Notes: a model not told the origin generated them from the letters alone. A stretch of DNA of 64,000 bases from an uncultured Acidobacteriota bacterium (GCA_963718885.1 CAVRAK010000033.1:54759-118758), one strand, 5' to 3'; counted from the first letter of the stretch, positions 31,643 to 42,103 are shown. Program-made: numbers and translations.

Positions 31643-32223
31643 TCAGAGGTCGGATTCCGGAAGCGACTGGAGCATGGTGGAGACGAGGGCGATGGGCAGG
31701 CCGACGACGTTGAAGTAGCAGCCTTCGATGCGGGGGATCCAGCGGGCGGCGCGGCCCTGGATGGCATAGGCGCCGGCCTTGTCCATGGGCTCGCCGGTGG
31801 CGATGTAGGCGGCGATCTCCTGATCGGAGAGGGTGAGGAAGCGGACAGTGGTGACTTCGGCGGCGACCTGCGCGCCGGAGGCGGTGACGACGGCGACGCC
31901 GGTGATGACGCGATGGGTGCGTCCGGAGAGCAGACGGAGCATGCGTGCGGCGTCGGCGGCATCGGCGGGCTTGCCGAGGATGTGGGCGTCGAGCGTGACG
32001 GTGGTGTCTGCGCCGAGCACCTGCGGTGCGGCAGCCCTTTGGATGAGATCGCGGCGAAGACTGCTTCCGCTTTTTCGCGGGCGAGGCGGAGGACGTAGGC
32101 GGTGGGATCTTCGTGGGGGAGCGGATCCTCAGGGATATGCGCGGGATGGACCTCGAAGGTGAAGCCGGCCTGGGTGAGAAGTTCGCGGCGGCGGGGCGAG
32201 GCTGAGGCAAGGATGAGGCGCAT
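31643..32223 (-). CDS. maf: Maf family nucleoside triphosphate pyrophosphatase; frameshift near 32030
   Basis: [47 protein letters not shown]. Confidence 0.92.
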
Positions 32224-32382
32224 GGAGAAGGGGTCGGTCGGCAGTGACCAGTTTACAGGGGAGCGATGGGGCAAGTTTGCCGGATGGTGCGTAACGGGGA
32301 GGGTCAGTGCGGACTCCTTTAGACTGGACGGTGGCAGGGGCGAGTGCCGTTGATCTGTGAGCGCCCGGAAATGGAGAAGGTT

Positions 32383-33808
32383 TTGGCTGAGACGATGGTG
32401 TATGACGTGGCGATTATCGGCAGCGGGCCGGCGGGATATACTGCCGCGATTCGCGCGGGGCAGCTGAAGCTGAAGGTGGCGTTGATCGAGGCGGCTGACG
32501 TACTCGGCGGGACGTGCCTGCATGTCGGGTGCATTCCGACGAAGACGCTGCTCTTCAACGCCGAGATCTGGGACCACGTGAAGCATGCGGCCGAGTACGG
32601 CATCGATGGCGTGACGGCTCCGCAGATCAACTGGGCCAATGTGCTGAAGCGCAAGACGGAGATTGTGAACAAGCATACGAAGGGCCTCGAGTTCCTGATG
32701 AAGAAGAACAAGGTCACGGTGGTGCCGGGATACGCGCGGCTGACGGGACCGGCGAAGGACGGGGTACACACGCTGAGCCTGACGGGCGCCGATGGCGCGG
32801 TGAGCGAGCTGAAGGCGAAGAACGTGATCCTGGCGTCGGGATCGAACGCGAAGATGATCTTCGGGCTGAAGCCGGATGACCGGATTCTGACGAATATCGA
32901 GATTCTTTCGATTCCGGAGGTGCCGAAGTCGCTGATCGTGATTGGCGCGGGGGCGGTGGGCGTGGAGTTCGCGTCGATCTTCAGGAGCTATGACGCGGAG
33001 GTGACGATTCTGGAATTTCTGCCGCGCCTGATGCCGCCGGAGGATGAGGAGATCTCAAAAGAGCTGGCGCGGGTGTTCAAGAAGCGCGGCATTGAGATCA
33101 ATACAGGTGCGAAGGTAGAGAAGATCGAGAAGACCGCAGACGGGGTGCGGGTCTCGTGGACGGATGCGAACGGGAAGCCGCAACAGAAAGAAGCCGAGAA
33201 GGTGCTGGTGGCGGTGGGCCGCGCTGGGCGAACCGAGGATGTGGGTCTGGACAAGACGAAGGTGGAACTTGATCGCGGCCTGGTGAAGGTGGATGAGTGG
33301 CAGCAGACGGCGGAGCCCGGCGTGTATGCGATTGGCGATATTGTGGCGGGGCTGCCGCAGCTTGCGCATGTGGGCGCGATGAGCGGGATTGTGGCGGTAA
33401 CGAAGATTGCGGGACGCAAGGCGCGGGCGGTGCGGCGGGAGCGGATCCCGGCGTGCACCTATACGGAGCCGCAGATCGGCTCGGCGGGATTGACCGAGGC
33501 GCAGGCGAAGGAAAAGGGCTACGACGGTGAAGGTGGGGAAGTTTCCCTTCGCGGGCAACTCGAAGGCAACGATTGTGAACAGCCATGACGGCTTTGTGAA
33601 GATTGTTGCCGATGCGAAGTATGGGGAGATCCTGGGCGTGCACATCATCGGTCCGCAGGCGACGGAACTGATTGCCGAGGCGGTGGCGGTGATGGAGCTT
33701 GAGGGCACGGTGGACGAGATGATGTTTGCGATTCACGCGCACCCGACGCTCTCAGAAGCGATGCTGGATGCGTATGGCGCCGTGGAGGGGATGGCGATCA
33801 ACGCGTGA
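32383..33808 (+). CDS. lpdA: Dihydrolipoyl dehydrogenase; frameshift near 33526
   Basis: [38 protein letters not shown]. Confidence 0.95.
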
Positions 33809-33879
33809 TGCGGTCAGCGGCGAGCGGCCTCCGAAACGTCATCCGATTTCGTCGCGGTTCGGTGAGCGGCTCGATCATC

Positions 33880-35399
33880 CTATTGCGGCGGTGTGTGGCC
33901 GATGAACTTGTTGGCCCAGAGCAGGAACCACTTCATGTTGGGCGCGTCGGTGTGGCCGCCGTCATGCTGCCGCCAGGCGAGCTGGCCGTCGAGGTGGCCC
34001 TGATTGACGGGCGGCATCTGGGCGGTCTTGTAGTCGCCGGGAATGTCGAGCGCTTTGGCGCCGAGGAGCGTGAAGACGCGGCCGGCGTCGATGGTGGCCA
34101 TGAAGCTGCCTTGGTGGTCGAGCCAGTGGGCATCGCCTTTTTCGGGCACTCCGTAGCTGATGAAGGTTAGGCGCGGCGCGCAGAGCGCGATGAGCTCGTT
34201 GGAGTCGACGGGAATCTGGCCGGGGTTGCCGGAGCCGAAGGTGGCGTCAGAGGCGCCGTACTTCATGAAATTGCCGGCCATCCAGTAGTACTCGCCGCCG
34301 GTGAGGCTTTCGACTGCTTCGCCGTAGTTGCGGCGCAGCAGCGTAGCGCCGCCTTTGCCGGATGAGCCGACGAGGACCATGGCGAAGCGCTGATCGAAGG
34401 CCATGGTGATGAGCGCTGCCTTGCCGTAGCGCGAGACGCCTTCGATGCCGACGTGTTTGGCGTCGACGGCGGAATCGGTTTCGAGGTAGTCGAGGCCGCG
34501 GCCGGCGCCCCATGCCCAGGCGCGCAGGGCTCCCCACTGGTCGGGCGTGCGCGGCTGGCCCTTGTTGACGAGGCCGATGATGCCGCGCGTGATGCCGGCG
34601 CCGTTATCGGCCTGCACGCGTGGCGGGGTCGAAGCGTACGAAGCCCCAGCCGGCGGCGATAAGCTGCCACTCGTTGGGCAGATCGCCATCGGCGTTGAGC
34701 TGTGGGAAGTGGAAGGGCGTGGCCTCAAAGGGATGCCATGCGGGATGCTGATCGAAGACATCCTTCAGCGATGGGTCCTGCTGGATGAGCAGCGCCTTGA
34801 AGGCGTCGTTGAGGCGCATGTACTCGTCGGGCGAGGGCTCGTGGGGATTAGGGAAGCCGGCGGGGCCGAACATCATAAGCACCGGCACGGGGCCTTTGGC
34901 GAGGGCGGGCGTGACCAGCGTCATGTGGATCTTGACGCTGATCGCAGGGCAGTGCGGAGTTGTCGACTTCGCCGATGAGGTCTTTGGCGATGACGGGCGT
35001 GAAGCCGATCATCTCGTGGTCGGTGGCGACGACGGTCCACTTGACGGCGGGTACGTGCGCGGGAACGAAGCCGTAGACGTATTTCGAATAGGCTTCGACG
35101 ATTTCAGGGCGGCGCTTGTCCCACCATTGCGCAGGTGTTGTGACCTTGTCGCCGTTGTCGAGGGTGAGCGGATCGGGCAGATTGGGGTACGGGTTGGCAA
35201 CGGACTCGTCGTAATTGGCGTGGTTGGGCGCGTCGGGATTGCCGCTGGGGCCGGGGCGCAGGGCCTTGATGCCAAGCTGATCCATCATGTTCTGGTGGTC
35301 CTGGTCGGCGGTGAAGGTGACGGGATTGCATTGCGCGATTGCAGCGATGGAGCCGGTGAGAAGAAAGGCAACGAGGAAGAACCTGAAGCAGGGACGCAC
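33880..35399 (-). CDS. Secreted CE15-like (glucuronoyl/acetylxylan) esterase; frameshifts near 34620 and 34950
   Basis: Signal peptide, NYDESVANPYPNLPDPL, WGALRAWAWGAGRGLDYLE, GVSRYGK, LIALCAPR, HDGGH. Confidence 0.85.
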
Positions 35400-35480
35400 G
35401 ACGACCTCCGCGGATGGTATTCTTGGCGCGCTTAAAACAAAGCGATTTAGTCGGGGACAATGGTAATGGTTCTGCGAGGA

Positions 35481-36755
35481 ATGCGCACGCGTTTCGTGCT
35501 GATTGTGGTGATGGCGCTGGCGGCCGGCGGCGCGGTGTTGGATGCGCAGACGCGGGGCGGGCCGGAAGCGTGGGTGACGACGTGGGGCACGTCGCAGCAG
35601 ATTCCCGAGCCGGGGAATGCGCTGCCAGTGGAGGATCTGCGCGATGCAACGGTGCGGCAGATCTTTCACGTGTCGATTGGCGGGCCGCGGGTTCGGGTGC
35701 ATCTGTCGAATGCCTTCGGGACGGAGGCTCTGCATTTCACGTCGGTGCATATTGCGAAGCCGCTGTCGCCGGCGGGGTCGGAGATTGATCCGGCAACGGA
35801 CAAGGCGCTGACCTTTGCGGGCGCGCGCGACGTGACGGTGCCGCCGGGCGCGGAGTTTATTTCAGACGCGGTGGATTTTCCGGTGGCTGCGCTGAGCGAC
35901 GTGGCGGTGAGCTTTCACCTGGATGCGCCGCCGGCGGGCGAGACGGGGCATCCGGGGTCGCGTGCGACGACGTATTACGTGCACGGCGACGCAACCGGTG
36001 CGGCGAAGCTGACGGATGCGAAGCAGATCGACCACTGGTACCAGGTGTCGGCGATTGATGTGCCGGCAGCGGCGGGCGCGAGTGCCGTGGTTGCGCTGGG
36101 CGATTCGATTACGGATGGGCATGGCGCGACGACGAACGGGAACGATCGCTGGACGGATGTGCTGGCGGCGCAACTGCAAGCGAACGCGGCGACGCGGAAT
36201 GTGGGTGTGTCGGGCATCGGAGTGTCGGGCGTTGGAGTGTCAAACCAGGGGATCGGGGGAAATCACCTGCTGACGGATGGCCTGGGGCCGAATGTGCTGG
36301 CGCGGTTCGATCGCGATGTGCTGGCGCCGGCGGGCGTGCGCACGGTAATTGTGTTTGAGGGCGTGAACGACCTGGGCGGACTCGCGCGAACGGGCGAAGT
36401 CCCGGAAGCGCAGCATGCAGCGCTGGTGGCGCGGGTGCTGGCGGCGTATCAGCAGATCGTTGAGCGGGCACATGCGCATGGGCTGCGCGTGATTGGCGGC
36501 ACGATCACGCCGTATGTGGGCTCGACGTATTACCATCCGGGGCCGCTGAGTGAAGCCGACCGGCAGCAGGTGAATGCATGGATTCGCGCGGCGGGGCACT
36601 TTGACGCGGTGGTGGATTTCGATGCGGTGGTGCGCGATCCGCAGCATCCGGACCAGCTACTGCCGGCGTATGACTGCGGGGATCATCTGCATCCCTCACC
36701 TGCAGGCTACAAGGCGATGGGGGAAGCGGCGTTTAAAGCGGTGGCCGGAAATTGA
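35481..36755 (+). CDS. Secreted SGNH/GDSL hydrolase
   Basis: ALGDSITDG, NQGIGGN, FEGVND, GDHLHP. Confidence 0.92.
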   Translation: MRTRFVLIVVMALAAGGAVLDAQTRGGPEAWVTTWGTSQQIPEPGNALPVEDLRDATVRQIFHVSIGGPRVRVHLSNAFGTEALHFTSVHIAKPLSPAGSEIDPATDKALTFAGARDVTVPPGAEFISDAVDFPVAALSDVAVSFHLDAPPAGETGHPGSRATTYYVHGDATGAAKLTDAKQIDHWYQVSAIDVPAAAGASAVVALGDSITDGHGATTNGNDRWTDVLAAQLQANAATRNVGVSGIGVSGVGVSNQGIGGNHLLTDGLGPNVLARFDRDVLAPAGVRTVIVFEGVNDLGGLARTGEVPEAQHAALVARVLAAYQQIVERAHAHGLRVIGGTITPYVGSTYYHPGPLSEADRQQVNAWIRAAGHFDAVVDFDAVVRDPQHPDQLLPAYDCGDHLHPSPAGYKAMGEAAFKAVAGN

Positions 36756-36795
36756 GGCGTTCGCGTTCAGGATGGCGGGGAGTGGGATGAGGCTT

Positions 36796-36833
36796 GTGCT
36801 TTCCCCACCCATGTTTGGCATGGATGGGGAAAG
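36796..36833. repeat. REP-like family B hairpin between convergent genes (probable terminator)
   Basis: GTG-CTTTCCCCACCCATG-tttgg-CATGGATGGGGAAAG, 15-bp stem with one mismatch. Confidence 0.7.
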
Positions 36834-36854
36834 GGTTCGTGGAGATTGCGGCGC

Positions 36855-37994
36855 TCAGGCCACCTGCTGGTAGGTCGTGGTGTTCGGACGCACGCGGAAT
36901 TTCTTGGAGGTAACGGCCAGCGTGCGCTCGATCTTGCGGAGGGTGCCGGTCTCGTCGGGAGCGGCGAAGGTTGACGCCACCCCGAGGCTCGACGCGCGGC
37001 CGGTGCGTCCCACGCGATGCACAAAGTCCTCGGCTTCACGCGGCAGGTCGTAATTGACCACGTGCGCCACGTCGGCCACATCGATGCCGCGTGCGACCAC
37101 ATCGGTTGCCACCAGTACACGATGACGTCCTTCAGCGAAGCCACGCAGGGCGGAGTTCCGCTGCGACTGCGTTCTGTCGCCGTGGATGGGCGCCGCCGTG
37201 AACCCGGCCCGCGATAACCGCTTCGCAACGCGATCCGCTCCATGCTTGGTCCGCACGAAGACCATGAAACTGCCTTCGTTCGCATCCAGAAGATGCTCGA
37301 GCAATTCCTGCTTCTTGTCGACCGGGACCTCGAAGGTCTGGAGCTTTACATTCGGCGAGGGCTTCAGCTCGGAGCCGATCTCGATGCGCACGGGATTTCT
37401 GAGGTAGGCGCGCGCCACTTCACCGATGGCGGGGCTGAGCGTCGCGGAGTAGCAGAGCGTCTGCCGTTCAACCGGCAATGTGGCCACGATTCGCTGAATC
37501 GCCGGCTTGAAGCCCATGTCGAGCATGCGGTCGACTTCGTCGAGCACCAGCATCTGGACGCCGCTGAGGCGCACGAGCTTGCGCGAAAGATAATCTTCCA
37601 GGCGCCCTGGCGTTGCGACAATCAGGCGCGCTCCCTTGCGAATTGCTGCGAGCTGGGGAGCTTCTGCCAGGCCACCGCAGACGAGTGCGGCCTTGAGCTG
37701 GTTCTGAGTCAAATCGCACCAGGCCTGCTGCACCTGCATCGCGAGTTCGCGCGTGGGCAGCAGGACCAATGCCTTAGTATCCTGCGAGCCGGCAGTCATC
37801 CGCTCGATCAGCGGAATGAGAAAGCTGAGCGTTTTGCCTGTGCCGGTCTGCGCTGTCGCCAGAACGTCTCGGCCTTCGAGTGCCGGAGGAAGGGCTGCCG
37901 CCTGAACGGGCGTGGGGTTGATGAAGTTTGCGTGCGCCAGTTTGCGTTGCATGGCCGGCGAAAGCTGTAATTCTGAAAAGAGTTTCAAGTTCAT
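36855..37994 (-). CDS. DEAD/DEAH-box RNA helicase (RhlE-like, DEVD variant)
   Basis: Q motif PTPVQ, AQTGTGKT, PTRELA, TPGRL, LDEVD, SAT, ARGID, HRVGRTGR. Confidence 0.95.
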   Translation of the reverse strand: MNLKLFSELQLSPAMQRKLAHANFINPTPVQAAALPPALEGRDVLATAQTGTGKTLSFLIPLIERMTAGSQDTKALVLLPTRELAMQVQQAWCDLTQNQLKAALVCGGLAEAPQLAAIRKGARLIVATPGRLEDYLSRKLVRLSGVQMLVLDEVDRMLDMGFKPAIQRIVATLPVERQTLCYSATLSPAIGEVARAYLRNPVRIEIGSELKPSPNVKLQTFEVPVDKKQELLEHLLDANEGSFMVFVRTKHGADRVAKRLSRAGFTAAPIHGDRTQSQRNSALRGFAEGRHRVLVATDVVARGIDVADVAHVVNYDLPREAEDFVHRVGRTGRASSLGVASTFAAPDETGTLRKIERTLAVTSKKFRVRPNTTTYQQVA

Positions 37995-38351
37995 TCCTGT
38001 TCGCGTCCCGCCCGGCGATTCCATCATCCATGGATTCGGCGCGGCGGACGCGCCGCCTGATTCCGCTGGCCGCTGCCTGGCAATCGCTCAGGCTTCGCGC
38101 GGGAAATCGTCAAGTATGTATGCAGAAAACCCGGGAAGCGTTGGCTTCGAGCCGATTCAGGATTTGCCACACGTATCGCAGTCTTCGACTGCGCACGCGA
38201 TGGCGTTGCAGTCTGGTCCGGCCAATCACCTGAGTGGTGAAACCTTGACGTCAATGGACCATTACGCTGAGACCCGGGGCATTTACGAGGTGGGCGATCT
38301 TGCGGATGCAGGCGAGAACGACTCACAGCCAAAAGCGCTGAGCGTGGTTCA

Positions 38352-38360
38352 AGTATAACA
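38352..38360 (-). promoter_or_regulatory. Extended -10 promoter (TGtTATACT) for the helicase
   Basis: Reverse complement of agtataaca; about 350 nt upstream of the start codon. Confidence 0.55.
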
Positions 38361-38408
38361 TGGCGGCTTTTTCAGACCGCAAAGCCGGAGGCACCGCGGT
38401 AACGCGAA

Positions 38409-39224
38409 TCAGTAGGTGCGCCGGTGCCGGTGCACAACGTATCGCCCGATCAGCCACCCGCAGGCGCTGCCCACAAATACATCTGAAGGAAAGTGCTGTC
38501 GACCGAGCACGCGCGTGACGCTGACGCCCGTGGCCAGACCATAGGCGGCAATCATCGTAAAGGGCCCGTGATACTCGGTCGCAATCACGGATGCAGCAGA
38601 CCAGGCAATAAATGCGTGATTGGATGCGAACGACGAATCAAAGCCTACGCCCGGCTGAAAAAACTTGCCCTTCGAGTTGTCGACATCCGGCCTCTCGCGC
38701 CGCGCCACGATCTTGATTGCCTCGGAAAGGACGATGCTGCCACCGACGGCCTCTGCGGCCAAAATGCCGGTTTCGGTGGCGTGGTCGTCGTTCTTCGCTT
38801 TGCCGCCCACATAAAAGAGCACAGGCGCCGCGCCCAGAACGCCCAGCATGCCATTTGAGGCAGTCAGCGCGTTGCTGTTGAAGGTGGGGTTGTGCGAGAC
38901 CGTTTCCGACATCACCTGGTGATCAGTCGTGATCGCCACGGCGGTGCCGACCACCAGCACAATCGGAATTGCGGCATTCGAAGCGCGAATCTTCAGCGGG
39001 CTCGTCCAGATGGCCTTCTGGTCCTCGAGCAGGTTCTTCGGCAGATCGCGCAGGCCCACGACCGCGTCCGAGTCGCTTTGGCGCTGCTTTTGCGGTTGCG
39101 GCGCCTCGGGCAGCGCGTTCGGCGCAGATTGCGCAATTGCGACAGAGCTGCACAGCGCGATCAGCAATAAGATCGACGTGACGGAGCGCGCACGACTCAA
39201 CCAATGCCCTCTGGAGAAAGTCAT
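38409..39224 (-). CDS. PAP2 family phosphatase with signal peptide
   Basis: K....RERP, SFASNH, TRVLGRQHFPSDV. Confidence 0.9.
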   Translation of the reverse strand: MTFSRGHWLSRARSVTSILLLIALCSSVAIAQSAPNALPEAPQPQKQRQSDSDAVVGLRDLPKNLLEDQKAIWTSPLKIRASNAAIPIVLVVGTAVAITTDHQVMSETVSHNPTFNSNALTASNGMLGVLGAAPVLFYVGGKAKNDDHATETGILAAEAVGGSIVLSEAIKIVARRERPDVDNSKGKFFQPGVGFDSSFASNHAFIAWSAASVIATEYHGPFTMIAAYGLATGVSVTRVLGRQHFPSDVFVGSACGWLIGRYVVHRHRRTY

Positions 39225-39272
39225 TTCTTACTATCCTACTTCCCCGGAACTGCTGTGCCCGGCGTGGCGCTC

Positions 39273-39800
39273 TCAATGCTCCACAGGCTGCCCTTGATTG
39301 AGATAGATCTCAACGTAGTCGATGTAGTTCTGCGCGTACTCGAGGATGAGTTTGCGGTCTTCGTCGCCGAGCTGGCGGCGGAGCTTGCCGGGGACGCCGG
39401 CCCAGAGGGTGCGGGGCGGCACGACGGTGTGTTCGGGCAGGACGCAGCCGGCGGCGATGATGGAGCCCTCGCCGATGCGGCAGTCGTTGAGGATGGTGAC
39501 GCCCATGCCGATGAGGCAGGCATCTTCAACGATGCAGCCATGCACGGTGGCGTTGTGGCCGATGGTGACCCAGTCGCCGACGGTGACCGAGTAGAGGTTG
39601 CGCTGGCCGTGGAGGACGCAGCAGTCCTGCACGTTGGAGTTGGAGCCGACGCGGATGGAGTGGACGTCGCCGCGGAGGACGGCGTTCATCCAGACGGAGG
39701 AGCGCTCGCCAAGCGTAACATCGCCCAGGAGCTGGGCGGAGAGGTCGACATAGCAACTGGCGGGGACGACGGGGAGCTTGCCACAGTAGCTGCGAATCAC
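39273..39800 (-). CDS. Gamma carbonic anhydrase family protein
   Basis: Hexapeptide repeats, VLRGDV, SNVQDCCVLH, TIGHNATVHGC. Confidence 0.93.
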   Translation of the reverse strand: MIRSYCGKLPVVPASCYVDLSAQLLGDVTLGERSSVWMNAVLRGDVHSIRVGSNSNVQDCCVLHGQRNLYSVTVGDWVTIGHNATVHGCIVEDACLIGMGVTILNDCRIGEGSIIAAGCVLPEHTVVPPRTLWAGVPGKLRRQLGDEDRKLILEYAQNYIDYVEIYLNQGQPVEH

Positions 39801-40076
39801 AGGCCACCTCAGGAAAAGTACAGAAAAAGTGTACGTGATTGCGGCGAGCATGGAAGGGTTCCCACCGGTTCGGAGCAAAAGCTGGAGAACCGGTCGCGGA
39901 TTGGTGTGTAAATTACTCTGCCGAAACGGGATTTTCCCAGTATGGGAAGGGTATAAAAGCCGGAGAGATCGTGTTGGACGGGAGAGAAAGCCAAAGGAAT
40001 CATTATCTTGAATCAAATCGCCTATTTTTTAGTATGATAAGAGTGCCCAGAAGGCAGGTCTGGAGGTGGGTACTCT

Positions 40077-40274
40077 TTGGCAGAAGTTCGCGTACAGGAA
40101 GGCGAACCGCTCGAAAATGCGTTGCGCAGGTTTAAGCGGAAGGTGCAGCAGGAAGACATCATTAAGGAAGTGAAGCGTCACTCCTACTACCTTAAGCCGG
40201 GCGAGAAGCGCCGCGTGAAGGCAGCGCTGGCACGCAAGCGGAATCGGAAAAAGGCTCGTAAAGAGCAGGACTAA
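40077..40274 (+). CDS. rpsU: 30S ribosomal protein bS21
   Basis: EPLENALRRFKRKV..EVKRHSYYLKPGEKRR; TTG start with GGAGGT RBS. Confidence 0.96.
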   Translation: MAEVRVQEGEPLENALRRFKRKVQQEDIIKEVKRHSYYLKPGEKRRVKAALARKRNRKKARKEQD

Positions 40275-40297
40275 CTTTAGCTTCAAGCTGAACCAAC

Positions 40298-40580
40298 AGA
40301 ACTGCGGCGGAACGTCCAGCACGCCCCGGGAAGTAAGCGGGCAACGTAGACGGCACCATAGAGATTGAGACAACCGCCGCAGATTCTTTCGAATTATTTC
40401 CCCACTGCCGTTTCAGATCGCGCGTGTGGCAATTCAGGTCGAATCCGCTCAGGCGATGAGCGGAAGCTCCCCTCCGTAGTTCTCCGCTGCTCCTTTTCGG
40501 CGGCCCTGGGCCCTTGTTGTTCAAACGAACGAAGACAGGGAAACGGAGCGGCGAAGCCCCCAGCACCACTTGGCCGACTT
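40298..40580 (+). ncRNA. Candidate structured RNA between rpsU and the zinc-ribbon gene
   Basis: Several stems visible by eye (see findings); no known family recognised. Confidence 0.35.
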
Positions 40581-40617
40581 CTAAAATAATTTCCCTGCTT
40601 TGGGGAAGCCGGCGGCC

Positions 40618-40956
40618 ATGGAATTTACCGATCGCGTTCTCAAGTGCATAGACTGCGGCGCAGAGTTTGTATTTACAGCTGGCGAGCAGCTCTTCTTCCA
40701 CGACAAACAATTTGTGAACGACCCGAAACGCTGCAAGCAGTGCAAGGCGAAGCGCAGCAGCGGAACGGCGCGTGTGCGCTCGGAGACACGGACGACGTGC
40801 TCTGAGTGCGGCGAGTCGACGACGGTGCCGTTCAAACCTACCCAGGGCAGACCTGTGCTCTGTCGTTCCTGCTTCCAGAAACAGTTGAGCAGGGGCGCGG
40901 CGCAGCAGCCTCAGCCGCACGTTCCTTCGCAGGGGCCTACGGCAATCCCGAACTGA
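40618..40956 (+). CDS. Double zinc-ribbon protein (zf-trcl-like plus CxxC-x17-CxxC)
   Basis: DRVLKCIDCGAEFVFTAGEQLFF..PKRCKQC; CSECG..TTVPFKPTQGRPVLCRSCF. Confidence 0.92.
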   Translation: MEFTDRVLKCIDCGAEFVFTAGEQLFFHDKQFVNDPKRCKQCKAKRSSGTARVRSETRTTCSECGESTTVPFKPTQGRPVLCRSCFQKQLSRGAAQQPQPHVPSQGPTAIPN

Positions 40957-41093
40957 AGAGTGGCGCGGCGCGGATCCTCGGCCGTATTCCGGTTGAGCGC
41001 CATTGGTGTGCGCCGCCGCGCGGGTCTCGCGGACCTGACGGCCGAGCCTGGCTGCGGGGTTCGTCCGCGGCCGTGTTGTGCTGTGATAGGAGT

Positions 41094-41435
41094 GTGACAG
41101 TGCCGCGGCCCGAGGTGCGAGGGATCGATGTGGATGGCGAGACGCGGTGCGCGCATTATCATTCGGCGCTCGACGTGATCGCTATCAAAATGGCCTGCTG
41201 CGGCACCTACTACGCCTGCAAGGAATGCCACGATGCCGTTGCCGGGCATGCGGCGAAGGTGTGGCCGCGGGCAGAGTGGGACTCACACGCGATTCTGTGC
41301 GGGGTGTGCGGTGGCGAGCTGACGATCAGCGAGTACATGGCGAGCGGGTCCGCGTGCCCGCGCTGCGGCGCCGGTTTCAACCCGGGCTGCCGGAAGCATT
41401 ACCACTTCTATTTTGAAACGGGCGAGGGCGACTGA
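41094..41435 (+). CDS. CHY zinc finger protein
   Basis: TRCAHYHS..KMACCGTYYACKECHD..CGVC..CPRC..FNPGCRKHYHFYF. Confidence 0.88.
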   Translation: MTVPRPEVRGIDVDGETRCAHYHSALDVIAIKMACCGTYYACKECHDAVAGHAAKVWPRAEWDSHAILCGVCGGELTISEYMASGSACPRCGAGFNPGCRKHYHFYFETGEGD

Positions 41436-41929
41436 GCGCGCTCGATGAAGGCGCCCACGATGGCGGCGCATTCCTCGAGGAAGTCCCGGTCTGCCGCGGT
41501 GAAGGCGGCGTGGACGTGGCTGTCGATGTCGATTTCACCCACGACAGCTCCGTTGGCGTGGATGGGCACGACGATCTCCGATTTGGTTTCGAGCGAACAG
41601 GCGAGGTAGCGCGGGTCGGCGTTGACGTCGTCGACGATGACGGTTTCATTCTGCGCGACGGCTGCGCCGCAGATGCCTTCGCTCACGGGGATGCGGACGT
41701 GCGGCGTGGGAGCTCCGTTGAAAGGCCCGAGGACGAGCGTTGCGGGGTCGGCGGGGTCGAGCATGTAGAAGCCTGTCCAGTTGTAGTGGGGCAGGCGCTG
41801 GGGAATGAGTTCAACGATGAAGCGCTCAAGATGCGCGAGGCCGGGTGCGGAGGAGGCCCCGGCGCGGATTTCCTGCAGAATGCCGGCGTAGGTGTCGGGG
41901 AGGACAGCGGGATTTTGCATCTTCGGCAT
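41408..41929 (-). CDS. GAF domain protein (free methionine-R-sulfoxide reductase MsrC-like)
   Basis: NWTGFY, LGPFNG, GICGAA, VDDVNADPRYLAC..KSEIVVPI..EIDIDS. Confidence 0.88.
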   Translation of the reverse strand: MPKMQNPAVLPDTYAGILQEIRAGASSAPGLAHLERFIVELIPQRLPHYNWTGFYMLDPADPATLVLGPFNGAPTPHVRIPVSEGICGAAVAQNETVIVDDVNADPRYLACSLETKSEIVVPIHANGAVVGEIDIDSHVHAAFTAADRDFLEECAAIVGAFIERAQSPSPVSK

Positions 41930-42103
41930 CGGGGGTCTGGCGGATCGGCGTGAGACCCGATTCCACAGATGATTTTCGCACGGGAGCGGGCGCCGCTCGT
42001 TCCTAATGTGTCGATACACCCTAGACTGCACTGTATCGGCAACGGCTGGTTTCAGCGAGTAGCGCGGAGCGGCTATAAAGAGAGCAGAGAGGCTCCGGGG
42101 AAT

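Noticed and set aside
30228-32210. 660-aa ORF suggesting a Maf/oxidoreductase fusion
   Set aside because: The N-terminal part is mostly an off-frame reading of maf; the oxidoreductase has its own -10 box and RBS before 31577.
38255-38290. GCTGAGACCC resembling a TPP riboswitch
   Set aside because: The downstream ACCTGA and closing elements are missing, it is on the strand opposite the helicase gene, and no thiamine gene follows.
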